Shown here in pieces: positions 25,489-32,000 of a stretch of DNA of 32,000 bases; the stretch's first letter is position 1; each line of letters begins with the position of its first letter. The notes under the pieces are model-generated. The model was given only the letters and a program-made list of their open reading frames with translations. It ran no database searches and was not told the origin of the DNA. The translations under genes and the position numbers were made by a program. Origin of the DNA: Candidatus Saccharimonadota bacterium (GTDB lineage Bacteria > Patescibacteriota > Saccharimonadia > Saccharimonadales > Saccharimonadaceae); the NCBI GenBank assembly GCA_000503915.1, contig CP006915.1, positions 690,001-722,000 of the forward strand, written 5' to 3'.

Positions 25489-26778
25489 CTACTTTTTATT
25501 TAGCTCGACAAGCAGATCGACGGTCTTTTCAGTCAAGAGGCGGTTTGCAACGTCACGCTGGATTTCGGGCTCGTCAAAGCGCTTCGACATCTCGGGGTTG
25601 TTTGCATATTGCTGCTTATAGCGAGTGATGTGATCGGCCAGTTCTTGGCTCGTCGCTTCGACTTTTTCGACTTTACTAAGTTCCGCTAACACCAGTCCAG
25701 CCTTGACGCGCTTTTCTGCGGCCGGGACTACTTCTTTTTTGACCCATTCGTCTTTGTCCTTGAACTTCTGCGTCCGCAGATACTGATCGAGCGTCAGACC
25801 TTGATACATCAGGTTTTGAGTCATATCCTGCTCGATGCTTTGCATCTGGTCATCGATCAATACTTGTGGCACCGGTACGTCACTGACATCGATCAGTTTT
25901 GCGACAAGCTCGTCCTTTAGTTTTTCGGCTGTTTCACGCTCTTTCTGCGCCGTCAGCTCCGATTTGATGTCTGCCTTCAAATCCTTCAAGCTTGAAAAGC
26001 GTTTGTCAGCATTTTTAGCGAACTCATCGTCGAGCGTTGGCAGCGCCAGTTCTTGGACTTTTTTCAGTGTGGTCGTAAACACGACGTCTGCGTCGGCGAG
26101 GTCAGCAACATGGTAATTCTCGGGGAACTTCAGCTTGAGATCAAATGTTTCACCCGGCTTCTTGCCGATGATGCCTTCTTCGAAGCCTGGAATAAATGAG
26201 TTACTACCAAGCTTTAGCGCATAGTCATTTGCGCCGCCGCCATCAAAGGCTACGTCATCTTTCTTGCCGATAAAGTCGAGAATTACTTCATCGCCGTCTT
26301 TGGCTGCGCGCTCGACTTCTTTCTTTTCACTCATACCTTCTTGCATCCGTGTGAGGATATCATTTACCTCATCAGCCGTGACTGTAATCGGCTGCTGCTT
26401 GACACCAAGCTTTTTGTAATTTCCGAGTTTAATCTCTGGTAAAACTTCCGCTTCGGCCGTAAATTCCATTTCCTGACCGGTTACAAACTTCTTCAGTTCA
26501 ACCTGAGGGCGCTCAAGCGCCTGGATATCTTCGGCAAGAAAAGCCTCAGCGACGGCTTTTGACAGCGCGTCATCAGCAGTTTGTTGCGCTAAAACATTTG
26601 GGTCGACGTGCTTGACAGCAACGTTTACTGGCACTTTACCTTTACGGAAGCCGGCAACTTTCATTTCTCTTGCCAACTTGGTAAGCGCCACTTGTTCGGC
26701 TGCATCAAGCTCTGATTTACCAAGAGTGATCGTTAATAGGACTTTGGTCGGTGATAGGTGTTTTACGGTAGTCTTCAT
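25489..26778 (-). CDS. tig: trigger factor
   Basis: 429 aa with the N-terminal ribosome-binding motif GFRKGKVP, a central FKBP-like domain and the usual position upstream of clpP. Confidence 0.95.
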   Translation of the reverse strand: MKTTVKHLSPTKVLLTITLGKSELDAAEQVALTKLAREMKVAGFRKGKVPVNVAVKHVDPNVLAQQTADDALSKAVAEAFLAEDIQALERPQVELKKFVTGQEMEFTAEAEVLPEIKLGNYKKLGVKQQPITVTADEVNDILTRMQEGMSEKKEVERAAKDGDEVILDFIGKKDDVAFDGGGANDYALKLGSNSFIPGFEEGIIGKKPGETFDLKLKFPENYHVADLADADVVFTTTLKKVQELALPTLDDEFAKNADKRFSSLKDLKADIKSELTAQKERETAEKLKDELVAKLIDVSDVPVPQVLIDDQMQSIEQDMTQNLMYQGLTLDQYLRTQKFKDKDEWVKKEVVPAAEKRVKAGLVLAELSKVEKVEATSQELADHITRYKQQYANNPEMSKRFDEPEIQRDVANRLLTEKTVDLLVELNKK

Positions 26779-26788
26779 ACAAATACCG

Positions 26789-26817
26789 AGTATAACAGAG
26801 AACAGAGGACTTGTCTA
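26789..26817 (-). promoter_or_regulatory. candidate tig promoter TAGACA-17-TATACT ending 10 nt before the ATG
   Basis: Hexamers read on the minus strand. No SD lies between the -10 and the start codon. Confidence 0.5.
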
Positions 26818-26861
26818 AGCCTTATGGCTATATAGCGAAGGGTTAAAGAATACTCAATAAT

Positions 26862-28223
26862 TTAAGCAAAAAGCTCATCAAGTAATTCATCGTCTTTTTT
26901 GCGGCGACGATCCCTGACGCGCGCCACGATGCGCTCGAAGCTCATAGCTTCTTCTTCGGCTGTTTTAGTATCTTTGAGATTGTACAGTTCCTTCTTCAGG
27001 TCATCTTCGCCGACAAACAGCATAAATGCAATCTCTTTTTTGGTCGCGGTTTTGATCTGACGATCGAGCTTGCGTCCAGTGAAATCAAGTTCGACGTTGA
27101 CACCCTCGCTACGTAATCGCGCCGCCAACTTTTCAGCGCGCTCTACAACATCGTCGCCGAGAACTACTATGTAAACATCCGTGGTCGAAGCAAACTCCGG
27201 TAACAGCCCATGGCTCTGAAGAAACAGCTCGGTCATCGACAAACCAGGCGCCATACCAACGGCTGAGATCGGCTCGGCACCAAACAGCCCAACCAGACCA
27301 TCGTACCGTCCACCGCCAAACATGGCACGGCGGTTTTCCGGGTGATTATCAAAAAATTCAAATACGGTGTCAGTGTAATAATCAAAGCCGCGCATTAGGG
27401 TAACGTCAAACACCACATTGCTAATACCGCGTTCTTTGAGCGTCGTAAAGATACTCTCGATCTCCTTGCTCGCTTCACTATCTCGGATTTCAACCGGTAG
27501 TTGTTCAATCCCGCTCGCCTCTAATAATCGCTTGATCTTTACCAGACCGTCCTCTGCCATCGCCGCACCAAAAATCTCGATTGCTTGGTCGCGGAACGCT
27601 TCATCGGAAATTTTGTCCTTTCGGTCAAACAATTTGATCATCAGCTCCGACTGGATCGGGTCAAGCTGCAGATAGTCCTTCATCATAGCGTTAATAACCC
27701 GACGGTTATTGAGTTTTACGGTATACATATCGTCGGTTGCTTTGAAGGCACGCATAATATCGACACCAATCTGAATAATCTCGACATCAGCCAGACAACT
27801 GTCTGCTCCAAAAATATCGACGTTCAGTTGCCAGAACTCCCGTTCACGGCCACGCTGCGGTCGTTCGTAGCGCATGAAATTAGCGATATTATATAGTCTT
27901 GCCGGGTACGCGAGTTCCTGACGCCTGGCTGCCACCATACGTGAAATACTTGGAGTCATCTCCGGACGGATTACTACCTGGCGATCACCACGATCGGTAA
28001 ATTGATAGGTCTGCTCACCGACTAGCTCCTGACCACTTTTGGCTGCGTATATCTCGACCGGCTCGAGTAGCGGCGCCCCGTATTCTTCGTAGCCATGACG
28101 CTCAGCTACTGTTTTCCAGACTTGGAAGATATAATTTTGCAGGCGCTTGTCAGCTGGATAGTAGTCGCGTGTACCTTTATAAGATTGCGAAGAAAGAGAA
28201 GTCATTACCCCACATTGTGTCAT
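26862..28223 (-). CDS. hisS: histidine--tRNA ligase
   Basis: The class II HisRS N-terminus (YKGTRDYYP), the RPEMT motif, GGGRYD and a C-terminal anticodon-binding domain are all present. The ATG at 28205 is an alternative start. Confidence 0.93.
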   Translation of the reverse strand: MTQCGVMTSLSSQSYKGTRDYYPADKRLQNYIFQVWKTVAERHGYEEYGAPLLEPVEIYAAKSGQELVGEQTYQFTDRGDRQVVIRPEMTPSISRMVAARRQELAYPARLYNIANFMRYERPQRGREREFWQLNVDIFGADSCLADVEIIQIGVDIMRAFKATDDMYTVKLNNRRVINAMMKDYLQLDPIQSELMIKLFDRKDKISDEAFRDQAIEIFGAAMAEDGLVKIKRLLEASGIEQLPVEIRDSEASKEIESIFTTLKERGISNVVFDVTLMRGFDYYTDTVFEFFDNHPENRRAMFGGGRYDGLVGLFGAEPISAVGMAPGLSMTELFLQSHGLLPEFASTTDVYIVVLGDDVVERAEKLAARLRSEGVNVELDFTGRKLDRQIKTATKKEIAFMLFVGEDDLKKELYNLKDTKTAEEEAMSFERIVARVRDRRRKKDDELLDELFA

Positions 28224-28257
28224 TTTTCCCTGGTGATTGCAAGAATCAGAACGCTAT

Positions 28258-28902
28258 TTAATTGGCTGGTGGTCGGTGGAGCTGTTTGAATGCCATATTT
28301 ATACCCGTCACATAAGCGTTCACACTGTCGGCAGCTGGCTGCTGCGGATTCATTTCTCCGGATTCTTCCACTGAGCCGTAAAGTAATTGGTTTATTAGTC
28401 CGGGTACCCGCAACTGGTCGGCCTCACGAGTGAGCACTTTCCTAGGAATGATCGTTCTGACGGGCAGCGATACGCCATGCAACAGCGTGTCGGGTATATG
28501 AGGGCTGCTTCTCAACAAATCTCGTATACGCGGGTTTAAGATCACGCCAAGCTGGAAAGCAACGACTGCTTCGCCATCCGGTCGTTTACCTGCCCGCAGT
28601 ACCGCGTAACGTGCTAACGCCTGCTTCCTATTGGCGGCATCGGTATCTTTGATAACACGACGCATTTCGCTCTCCATAAGGGCATCGTCACCATTCAGTA
28701 CGCCATCCAACCGAATAACCGAACGAGCGAAGTTCGAAAATAAAAGAAGGGCTCTCTGGCCCATCTGTTCGCGAATGTCGCTTCGCACCAATTCGAGTAT
28801 GCCGTCACGCATCCGGTCGCTCGTTTCAAAAACGAGCCTTGCCGTTTCTAATCTTCCCCACGACGACTCGGGGTAGCGACTGTCTGCAGATAGCTCGACC
28901 AT
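28258..28902 (-). CDS. hypothetical protein, 214 aa
   Basis: I chose the ATG at 28902 (MVELSADS...). The ORF-track start at 28956 is a TTG that would overlap the SpoU gene by 31 nt. No motif recognised. Confidence 0.55.
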   Translation of the reverse strand: MVELSADSRYPESSWGRLETARLVFETSDRMRDGILELVRSDIREQMGQRALLLFSNFARSVIRLDGVLNGDDALMESEMRRVIKDTDAANRKQALARYAVLRAGKRPDGEAVVAFQLGVILNPRIRDLLRSSPHIPDTLLHGVSLPVRTIIPRKVLTREADQLRVPGLINQLLYGSVEESGEMNPQQPAADSVNAYVTGINMAFKQLHRPPAN

Positions 28903-28908
28903 ACTCTT

Positions 28909-28937
28909 ATTATGACAGGTTACGGCTATTTCTTCAA
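28909..28937 (-). promoter_or_regulatory. candidate promoter TTGAAG-17-TGtCATAAT ending 6 nt before the ATG at 28902
   Basis: Hexamers and an extended -10 TG read on the minus strand. The element lies inside the 3' end of the SpoU gene. Confidence 0.45.
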
Positions 28938-29462
28938 TGTATGCTGCTGTGCCCAAGCATACATAGCAATACCGGCGGCGACGCCAACATTGATTGAGCG
29001 TGTGCTACCAAATTGCTCGATGGCGACGACATTATCCGCTTGCGCCGCCAGTTCGGACGATACGCCCGGCCCCTCCTGACCAAACACCATCACAAGGTGA
29101 CGCGGTAAGCGAGTTTCAGCAAGTGGCCGCGAGCCTTTTATGTTATCGACTATATACATTTCTTTTTGGCGAGCGTGCATCGCATTGACGAATTGATCTA
29201 CCGACACATAATAATGAAGGTGTAAATATTTATCTGTCACCATCGCGCCACGCTTATTCCATTGACGGCGACCGATGACATGGACATGACGTACCCCAAA
29301 GGCATTAGCTGACCGTACGATCGTCCCCATATTGAAGTCACGGAGGGTATTTTCGATCGCGACCTCTAGCTCAATGCCACGCTTGTCAAGCTCATCGACG
29401 ATCGCTTCAAGCGGCCAACCTTTAAATTCATCGGTAACATTTCTGGTATCTTCCTCTGGCAT
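28926..29462 (-). CDS. SpoU/TrmH-family RNA 2'-O-methyltransferase
   Basis: 178 aa from the ATG at 29462, with the SPOUT motifs IVRSANAFGV, VFGQEGPGVS and STRSINVGVAAGIAMYAW. The GTG extension to 29546 is rejected. Confidence 0.85.
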   Translation of the reverse strand: MPEEDTRNVTDEFKGWPLEAIVDELDKRGIELEVAIENTLRDFNMGTIVRSANAFGVRHVHVIGRRQWNKRGAMVTDKYLHLHYYVSVDQFVNAMHARQKEMYIVDNIKGSRPLAETRLPRHLVMVFGQEGPGVSSELAAQADNVVAIEQFGSTRSINVGVAAGIAMYAWAQQHTLKK

Positions 29463-29600
29463 AGTACGAGTGTAGCATGTATAATGGTGCCCTAGACGAA
29501 CATAAGGTGGCGGCTCAAGTGAAACAGAAATCAATTGTAGACGCACGCGTCAAGTTTGCCTTGACGGCTGGCCTTCACTAGAGGTATCGTTGGTTTATAT

Positions 29601-29687
29601 GCACGAGTGGCGGAATTGGTAGACGCGCTAGCTTCAGGTGCTAGTGCCCTTCGGGGCGTGGAGGTTCAAGTCCTCTCTCGTGTACCA
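29601..29687 (+). tRNA. tRNA-Leu (anticodon CAG), CCA encoded
   Basis: Folded by hand. The acceptor stem is GCACGAG/CTCGTGT, the D-loop is GGAATTGGTAGAC, and the anticodon stem CTAGC/GCTAG carries the loop TTCAGGT. It has a long variable arm, the T arm GGAGG-TTCAAGT-CCTCT, and ends in ACCA. Confidence 0.93.
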
Positions 29688-29696
29688 AAATAAGAC

Positions 29697-29722
29697 GCGG
29701 TCTTTTGGCCGCTTTTTATTTT
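29697..29722 (+). terminator. terminator after tRNA-Leu(CAG)
   Basis: The hairpin GCGGTC-TTTT-GGCCGC is followed by TTTTTATTTT. An outer inverted repeat, CCAAAATAA/TTATTTTGG, flanks it. Confidence 0.6.
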
Positions 29723-29755
29723 GGTCACACGGAGTAGATTTGTAACTCTACCCCT

Positions 29756-31372
29756 CTAAAATCGTGCTACAAAATCAGTCGCTGCCGGTGCGACATACTC
29801 CGACCGGAGCAACTTTACCGTGTCACGCACATCACCCGGCTGCTTAACTCCTGGATTGAGAATACCGAGCGGATCAAAGACCTCTTTGACCTGACGGTAC
29901 AATTCAACCATCTGCTCATCGAGTAGCGCCTTGGACTGGTGCGCATGTAGCCGGCCTTCGCCGCTGGCGGCAAATGGTACGCCAGCATGGCTTTGTACTA
30001 GCTGGATCAGATCATTCGATAGCTTAAAGACCTTTTGTTTGTCACCGACTGTTCCGAGCTTGAGTTGCGGTCGCGCATACCAGACTTCTTCGAGCGGACG
30101 GCCATACAGCGGCAGGTCGACATGATGCTTTTTGGCAAGCGCCACGAGCGCTGAGTTGAATTCTTCAAAGCGTTCTAGCGGAACCGAAAAACCCTCGAGG
30201 AGCGGTGGTGTTGCCGTATCTTTATCGTCTGGGTTGAGCTGCCACTCAGCTAGTGAAAACATCGCATCGAGGTCACTGACTGTCTCGTCCTCGTCAACAA
30301 TAATCTCCGCATCAAACGGCTTGAGCACCTTCTGAATTTTCTTCAATTTTTTATGCTTGGCATGAGTACTGAGGTCGCTGATTGTCATGATCAGCACGGC
30401 GCCAACTGCCCCGCTGTCATTTTTCATCGTCTCAAACGTTTCGTAGGTTTTACCGAATGCACTCGCTGCCTCGACATAAGCACCATTCAAGTAGGTGAGG
30501 TCTCTGAGTTCAAGCTTTTCGAGCGCATCGATTGCATCACGCGCATGCGCCTCCTCTTTAAATGCAGCCACTACGATTGCCGGCGCTTGGTCAACATATT
30601 CAGCCTGCAAGATCATCTCTGAGACGACCGCAAGTGTTCCTTGGCTGCCAGCGAGCAGTGGCGTCAGGTCAAATGATCCGTTTTTTTGCTTGACATTCGC
30701 AATCGCTGCAAAGCCAAAATGGTCAAGCGGCTCGTCCTCAGACGCGAGACTGCTTATCAGGGCTTCGTTGTCCTCGATCAGAGCGTCGAGTTTACGATAG
30801 ATTTCACCTTCAAAGCTCTGTTCGCCCTTCTTTTTGGTGAGTTCCCGTTTTGACAGGGCTTGAGTCTGCAGAATATCGCCATTGGCCAAAACAACCTCAA
30901 CTTGATCAATATATTCGAGCGCGTGCCGACAGTTGGCAACCACGCCCCCAAGTGTTGCCTGGCTCAGTGCACTCCGAAGCCGCGGTATACCCGTCCCGTA
31001 CAGATTGAGGGCATTCTGCAACGTTCCCACGGTGACGCCAGGCTGCAGGCGCACAAGCTTCTGTTTGGCGTCGTATTCAAAGATGGTGTTCATATGGCTC
31101 GGAAAGTTGATGATGATACCGCTACCGATTGCCGCGCCAGTCGTATCATTACCATTACCGCGCGCCGTAACTCCCAACACGTGGCCTTTCTCGGCAAGTT
31201 GCCAGGCAAAGCGAGCGATCTTTCGAATGTCATTGGTACGCCGCACAAAGGCCACCATTTCCGGTGTTAACGTGAGTACACTTCCATCGGTTGCGTACGC
31301 CTTTCGTGTCGCACTATTGGTGACGACCTCACCGACCAAGTGCGTGTTCAGATATTCTGCAATTTTGTTCAT
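29756..31372 (-). CDS. FAD-linked oxidase / GlcD-like (D-lactate or glycolate dehydrogenase family)
   Basis: 538 aa with an N-terminal FAD_binding_4-type region (VAFVRRTNDI...GVTARGNGNDTTGAAIG...RLQPGVTVGTL) and the C-terminal motif DPLGILNPG. Confidence 0.8.
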   Translation of the reverse strand: MNKIAEYLNTHLVGEVVTNSATRKAYATDGSVLTLTPEMVAFVRRTNDIRKIARFAWQLAEKGHVLGVTARGNGNDTTGAAIGSGIIINFPSHMNTIFEYDAKQKLVRLQPGVTVGTLQNALNLYGTGIPRLRSALSQATLGGVVANCRHALEYIDQVEVVLANGDILQTQALSKRELTKKKGEQSFEGEIYRKLDALIEDNEALISSLASEDEPLDHFGFAAIANVKQKNGSFDLTPLLAGSQGTLAVVSEMILQAEYVDQAPAIVVAAFKEEAHARDAIDALEKLELRDLTYLNGAYVEAASAFGKTYETFETMKNDSGAVGAVLIMTISDLSTHAKHKKLKKIQKVLKPFDAEIIVDEDETVSDLDAMFSLAEWQLNPDDKDTATPPLLEGFSVPLERFEEFNSALVALAKKHHVDLPLYGRPLEEVWYARPQLKLGTVGDKQKVFKLSNDLIQLVQSHAGVPFAASGEGRLHAHQSKALLDEQMVELYRQVKEVFDPLGILNPGVKQPGDVRDTVKLLRSEYVAPAATDFVARF

Positions 31373-31427
31373 CGACTTCCCCTACTCATTGCCTATATCA
31401 TATCACAAGCGGAATGAAACCGGGCAC

Positions 31428-31456
31428 TTTATCGGGTGCCTGTCATCTGGTATAGT
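31428..31456 (+). promoter_or_regulatory. candidate promoter for tRNA-Leu(UAG): TTTATC-17-TGgTATAGT
   Basis: The extended -10 TGGTATAGT at 31448..31456 ends 19 nt upstream of the tRNA 5' end. Confidence 0.4.
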
Positions 31457-31475
31457 AGACGAGTTACCGTTTTAC

Positions 31476-31560
31476 GCGGATGTGGTGGAATTGGTAGACA
31501 CGCTAGCCTTAGGAGCTAGTGCTTTCGGGCGTGAAGGTTCAAGTCCTTTCATCCGCACCA
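31476..31560 (+). tRNA. tRNA-Leu (anticodon UAG), CCA encoded
   Basis: The acceptor stem is GCGGATG/CATCCGC and the anticodon stem CTAGC/GCTAG carries the loop CTTAGGA. It has a long variable arm, the T arm GAAGG-TTCAAGT-CCTTT, and ends in ACCA. Confidence 0.93.
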
Positions 31561-31563
31561 AAT

Positions 31564-31593
31564 AAAAAAGAGACCTCCTTGGTCTCTATTTTG
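31564..31593. terminator. bidirectional terminator for tRNA-Leu(UAG) (+) and the 61-aa ORF (-)
   Basis: A 7-bp stem (AGAGACC pairs with GGTCTCT). ATTTTGTT follows on the plus strand and TTTTTTATTT on the minus strand. Confidence 0.75.
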
Positions 31594-31608
31594 TTACACA
31601 TATGAACC

Positions 31609-31640
31609 GCGCCATACCGCCCCGAAGGGCAGTATGGCGC
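31609..31640 (-). other. 14-bp GC-rich hairpin with a cUUCGg tetraloop in the 3' UTR of the 61-aa ORF
   Basis: The stem 31609..31622 pairs with 31627..31640. The single non-Watson-Crick position is C.A on the plus strand but G.U on the minus strand, so the structure is best as a minus-strand RNA. Confidence 0.7.
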
Positions 31641-31659
31641 TAGCGGCCGGCGAGTCTGA

Positions 31660-31845
31660 TCAGTCATCAGAGTCGTGGCCGTGGTGGAAGGAGTGTGGCT
31701 CCGGCGAACGCTTCACCACGAAACCATGATCCTCCCCGTCACCGAACGCTTCACCCGAGAGCTGAGCTCTTTCGTAGCTTGACGCCGATTGGTTGATGTA
31801 CGTGGCCGGGTGTTCGTCCCCGAAAGCCATTTCCGATGCAGCCAT
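31660..31845 (-). CDS. small acidic, His-rich protein, 61 aa
   Basis: An AAAGGAG SD lies 7 nt upstream of the ATG. The peptide has an internal repeat (AFGDEH and AFGDGEDH, encoded with synonymous differences). A consensus promoter lies upstream and a terminator downstream. Confidence 0.6.
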   Translation of the reverse strand: MAASEMAFGDEHPATYINQSASSYERAQLSGEAFGDGEDHGFVVKRSPEPHSFHHGHDSDD

Positions 31846-31892
31846 TGCTGGCTCCTTTCGGTCGGTCGATAGCAGCGTGCCATCGTCTTTCT

Positions 31893-31921
31893 ATTATACT
31901 ACTTATGTTTATATTTGTCAA
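31893..31921 (-). promoter_or_regulatory. perfect consensus sigma-70 promoter TTGACA-17-TATAAT
   Basis: On the minus strand the -35 TTGACA is at 31921..31916 and the -10 TATAAT at 31898..31893, with exactly 17 nt between them. An A/T-rich tract lies upstream, and the predicted +1 is near 31886. Confidence 0.75.
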
Positions 31922-31942
31922 TATAGCTCGTATTAAACAAAA

Positions 31943-31962
31943 AGACGCTTCATTAAGCGTCT
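31943..31962 (-). terminator. intrinsic terminator of an upstream minus-strand gene lying mostly outside the window
   Basis: An 8-bp stem (AGACGCTT pairs with AAGCGTCT) with a 4-nt loop, followed by TTTTTGTTT on the minus strand. Confidence 0.6.
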
Positions 31963-32000
31963 CGGCGGTAAAGGGTGAAGTTCAGGTTTCCATAACTACG

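Noticed and set aside
29480-29485. Perfect TATAAT (with adjacent TG) on the plus strand upstream of tRNA-Leu(CAG)
   Set aside because: It lacks a credible -35 (TGGCAT) and lies 115 nt from the tRNA. A nearer TTGACG-18-TATCGT candidate (29561..29590) exists as well. Neither is strong enough to annotate without start-site data.
30933-31565. 210-aa plus-strand ORF antisense to the FAD oxidase and running through tRNA-Leu(UAG)
   Set aside because: It is the mirror frame of a well-supported minus-strand gene, has no SD, and would have to translate through a tRNA gene. The other long antisense ORFs (9960..10397, 13117..13623, 20449..20871, 11860..12225) were rejected for the same reason.
31952-32000. 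Possible 3' end of a minus-strand CDS entering from beyond the window (…RSYGNLNFTLYRRDA, then stop)
   Set aside because: Only 16 codons are visible and the frame cannot be verified. The terminator at 31943..31962 supports a gene ending here, but the product cannot be identified.
1-32000. Screen for CRISPR arrays, transposases, integrases, phage genes, toxin-antitoxin pairs and known defence systems
   Set aside because: I saw no regularly spaced direct repeats, no DDE, tyrosine or serine recombinase motifs, and no recognisable defence domains in any of the six frames. I saw no flanking repeats and no obvious compositional shift around the insertions within the ribosomal clusters, so I do not call them mobile elements.

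Overview
This 32-kb window has roughly 50% GC (judged by eye) and uses the standard genetic code, with TAA, TAG and TGA all serving as stops. Nearly all genes lie on the minus strand and are core information-processing genes. Reading right to left they are hisS, tig, clpP, rpoB, rpoC, rpsL, rpsG, fusA, tuf, rpsJ, rplC and the first 21 codons of rplD. There are also two plus-strand tRNA-Leu genes, a SpoU-family methyltransferase and a GlcD-like FAD oxidase.

The usually contiguous rpoBC/str/S10 supercluster is broken at four junctions:
- rpsG|fusA holds four uncharacterised genes (88 aa, 252 aa, a 7-TM protein and an acidic 225-aa protein).
- fusA|tuf holds a complete minimal aerobic chain, cyoABCD-cyoE-ndh.
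- tuf|rpsJ holds a 99-aa orphan.
- rpsJ|rplC holds two small basic membrane proteins and two tandem VanY-type D,D-carboxypeptidases.

Each resumed segment has its own candidate promoter. I found no transposase, integrase, CRISPR array or recognisable defence gene, so I cannot name a defined novel system. The best candidates for something undescribed are:
- the rpsG|fusA island, which carries a possible degenerate HNH-like motif;
- a 61-aa acidic, His-rich ORF driven by a perfect consensus sigma-70 promoter;
- unusual substitutions in core machinery: beta-prime lacks all eight zinc-ligand cysteines, EF-G has NKIN in place of NKxD plus a remodelled G5, and S12 has Pro at the streptomycin-resistance lysine;
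- a recurrent leaderless-type promoter geometry.

The gene content (bo3-type oxidase plus NDH-2 in an otherwise compact layout) fits a small-genome bacterium such as a Saccharibacteria/Patescibacteria member. That is only an inference, and I could not run any search.
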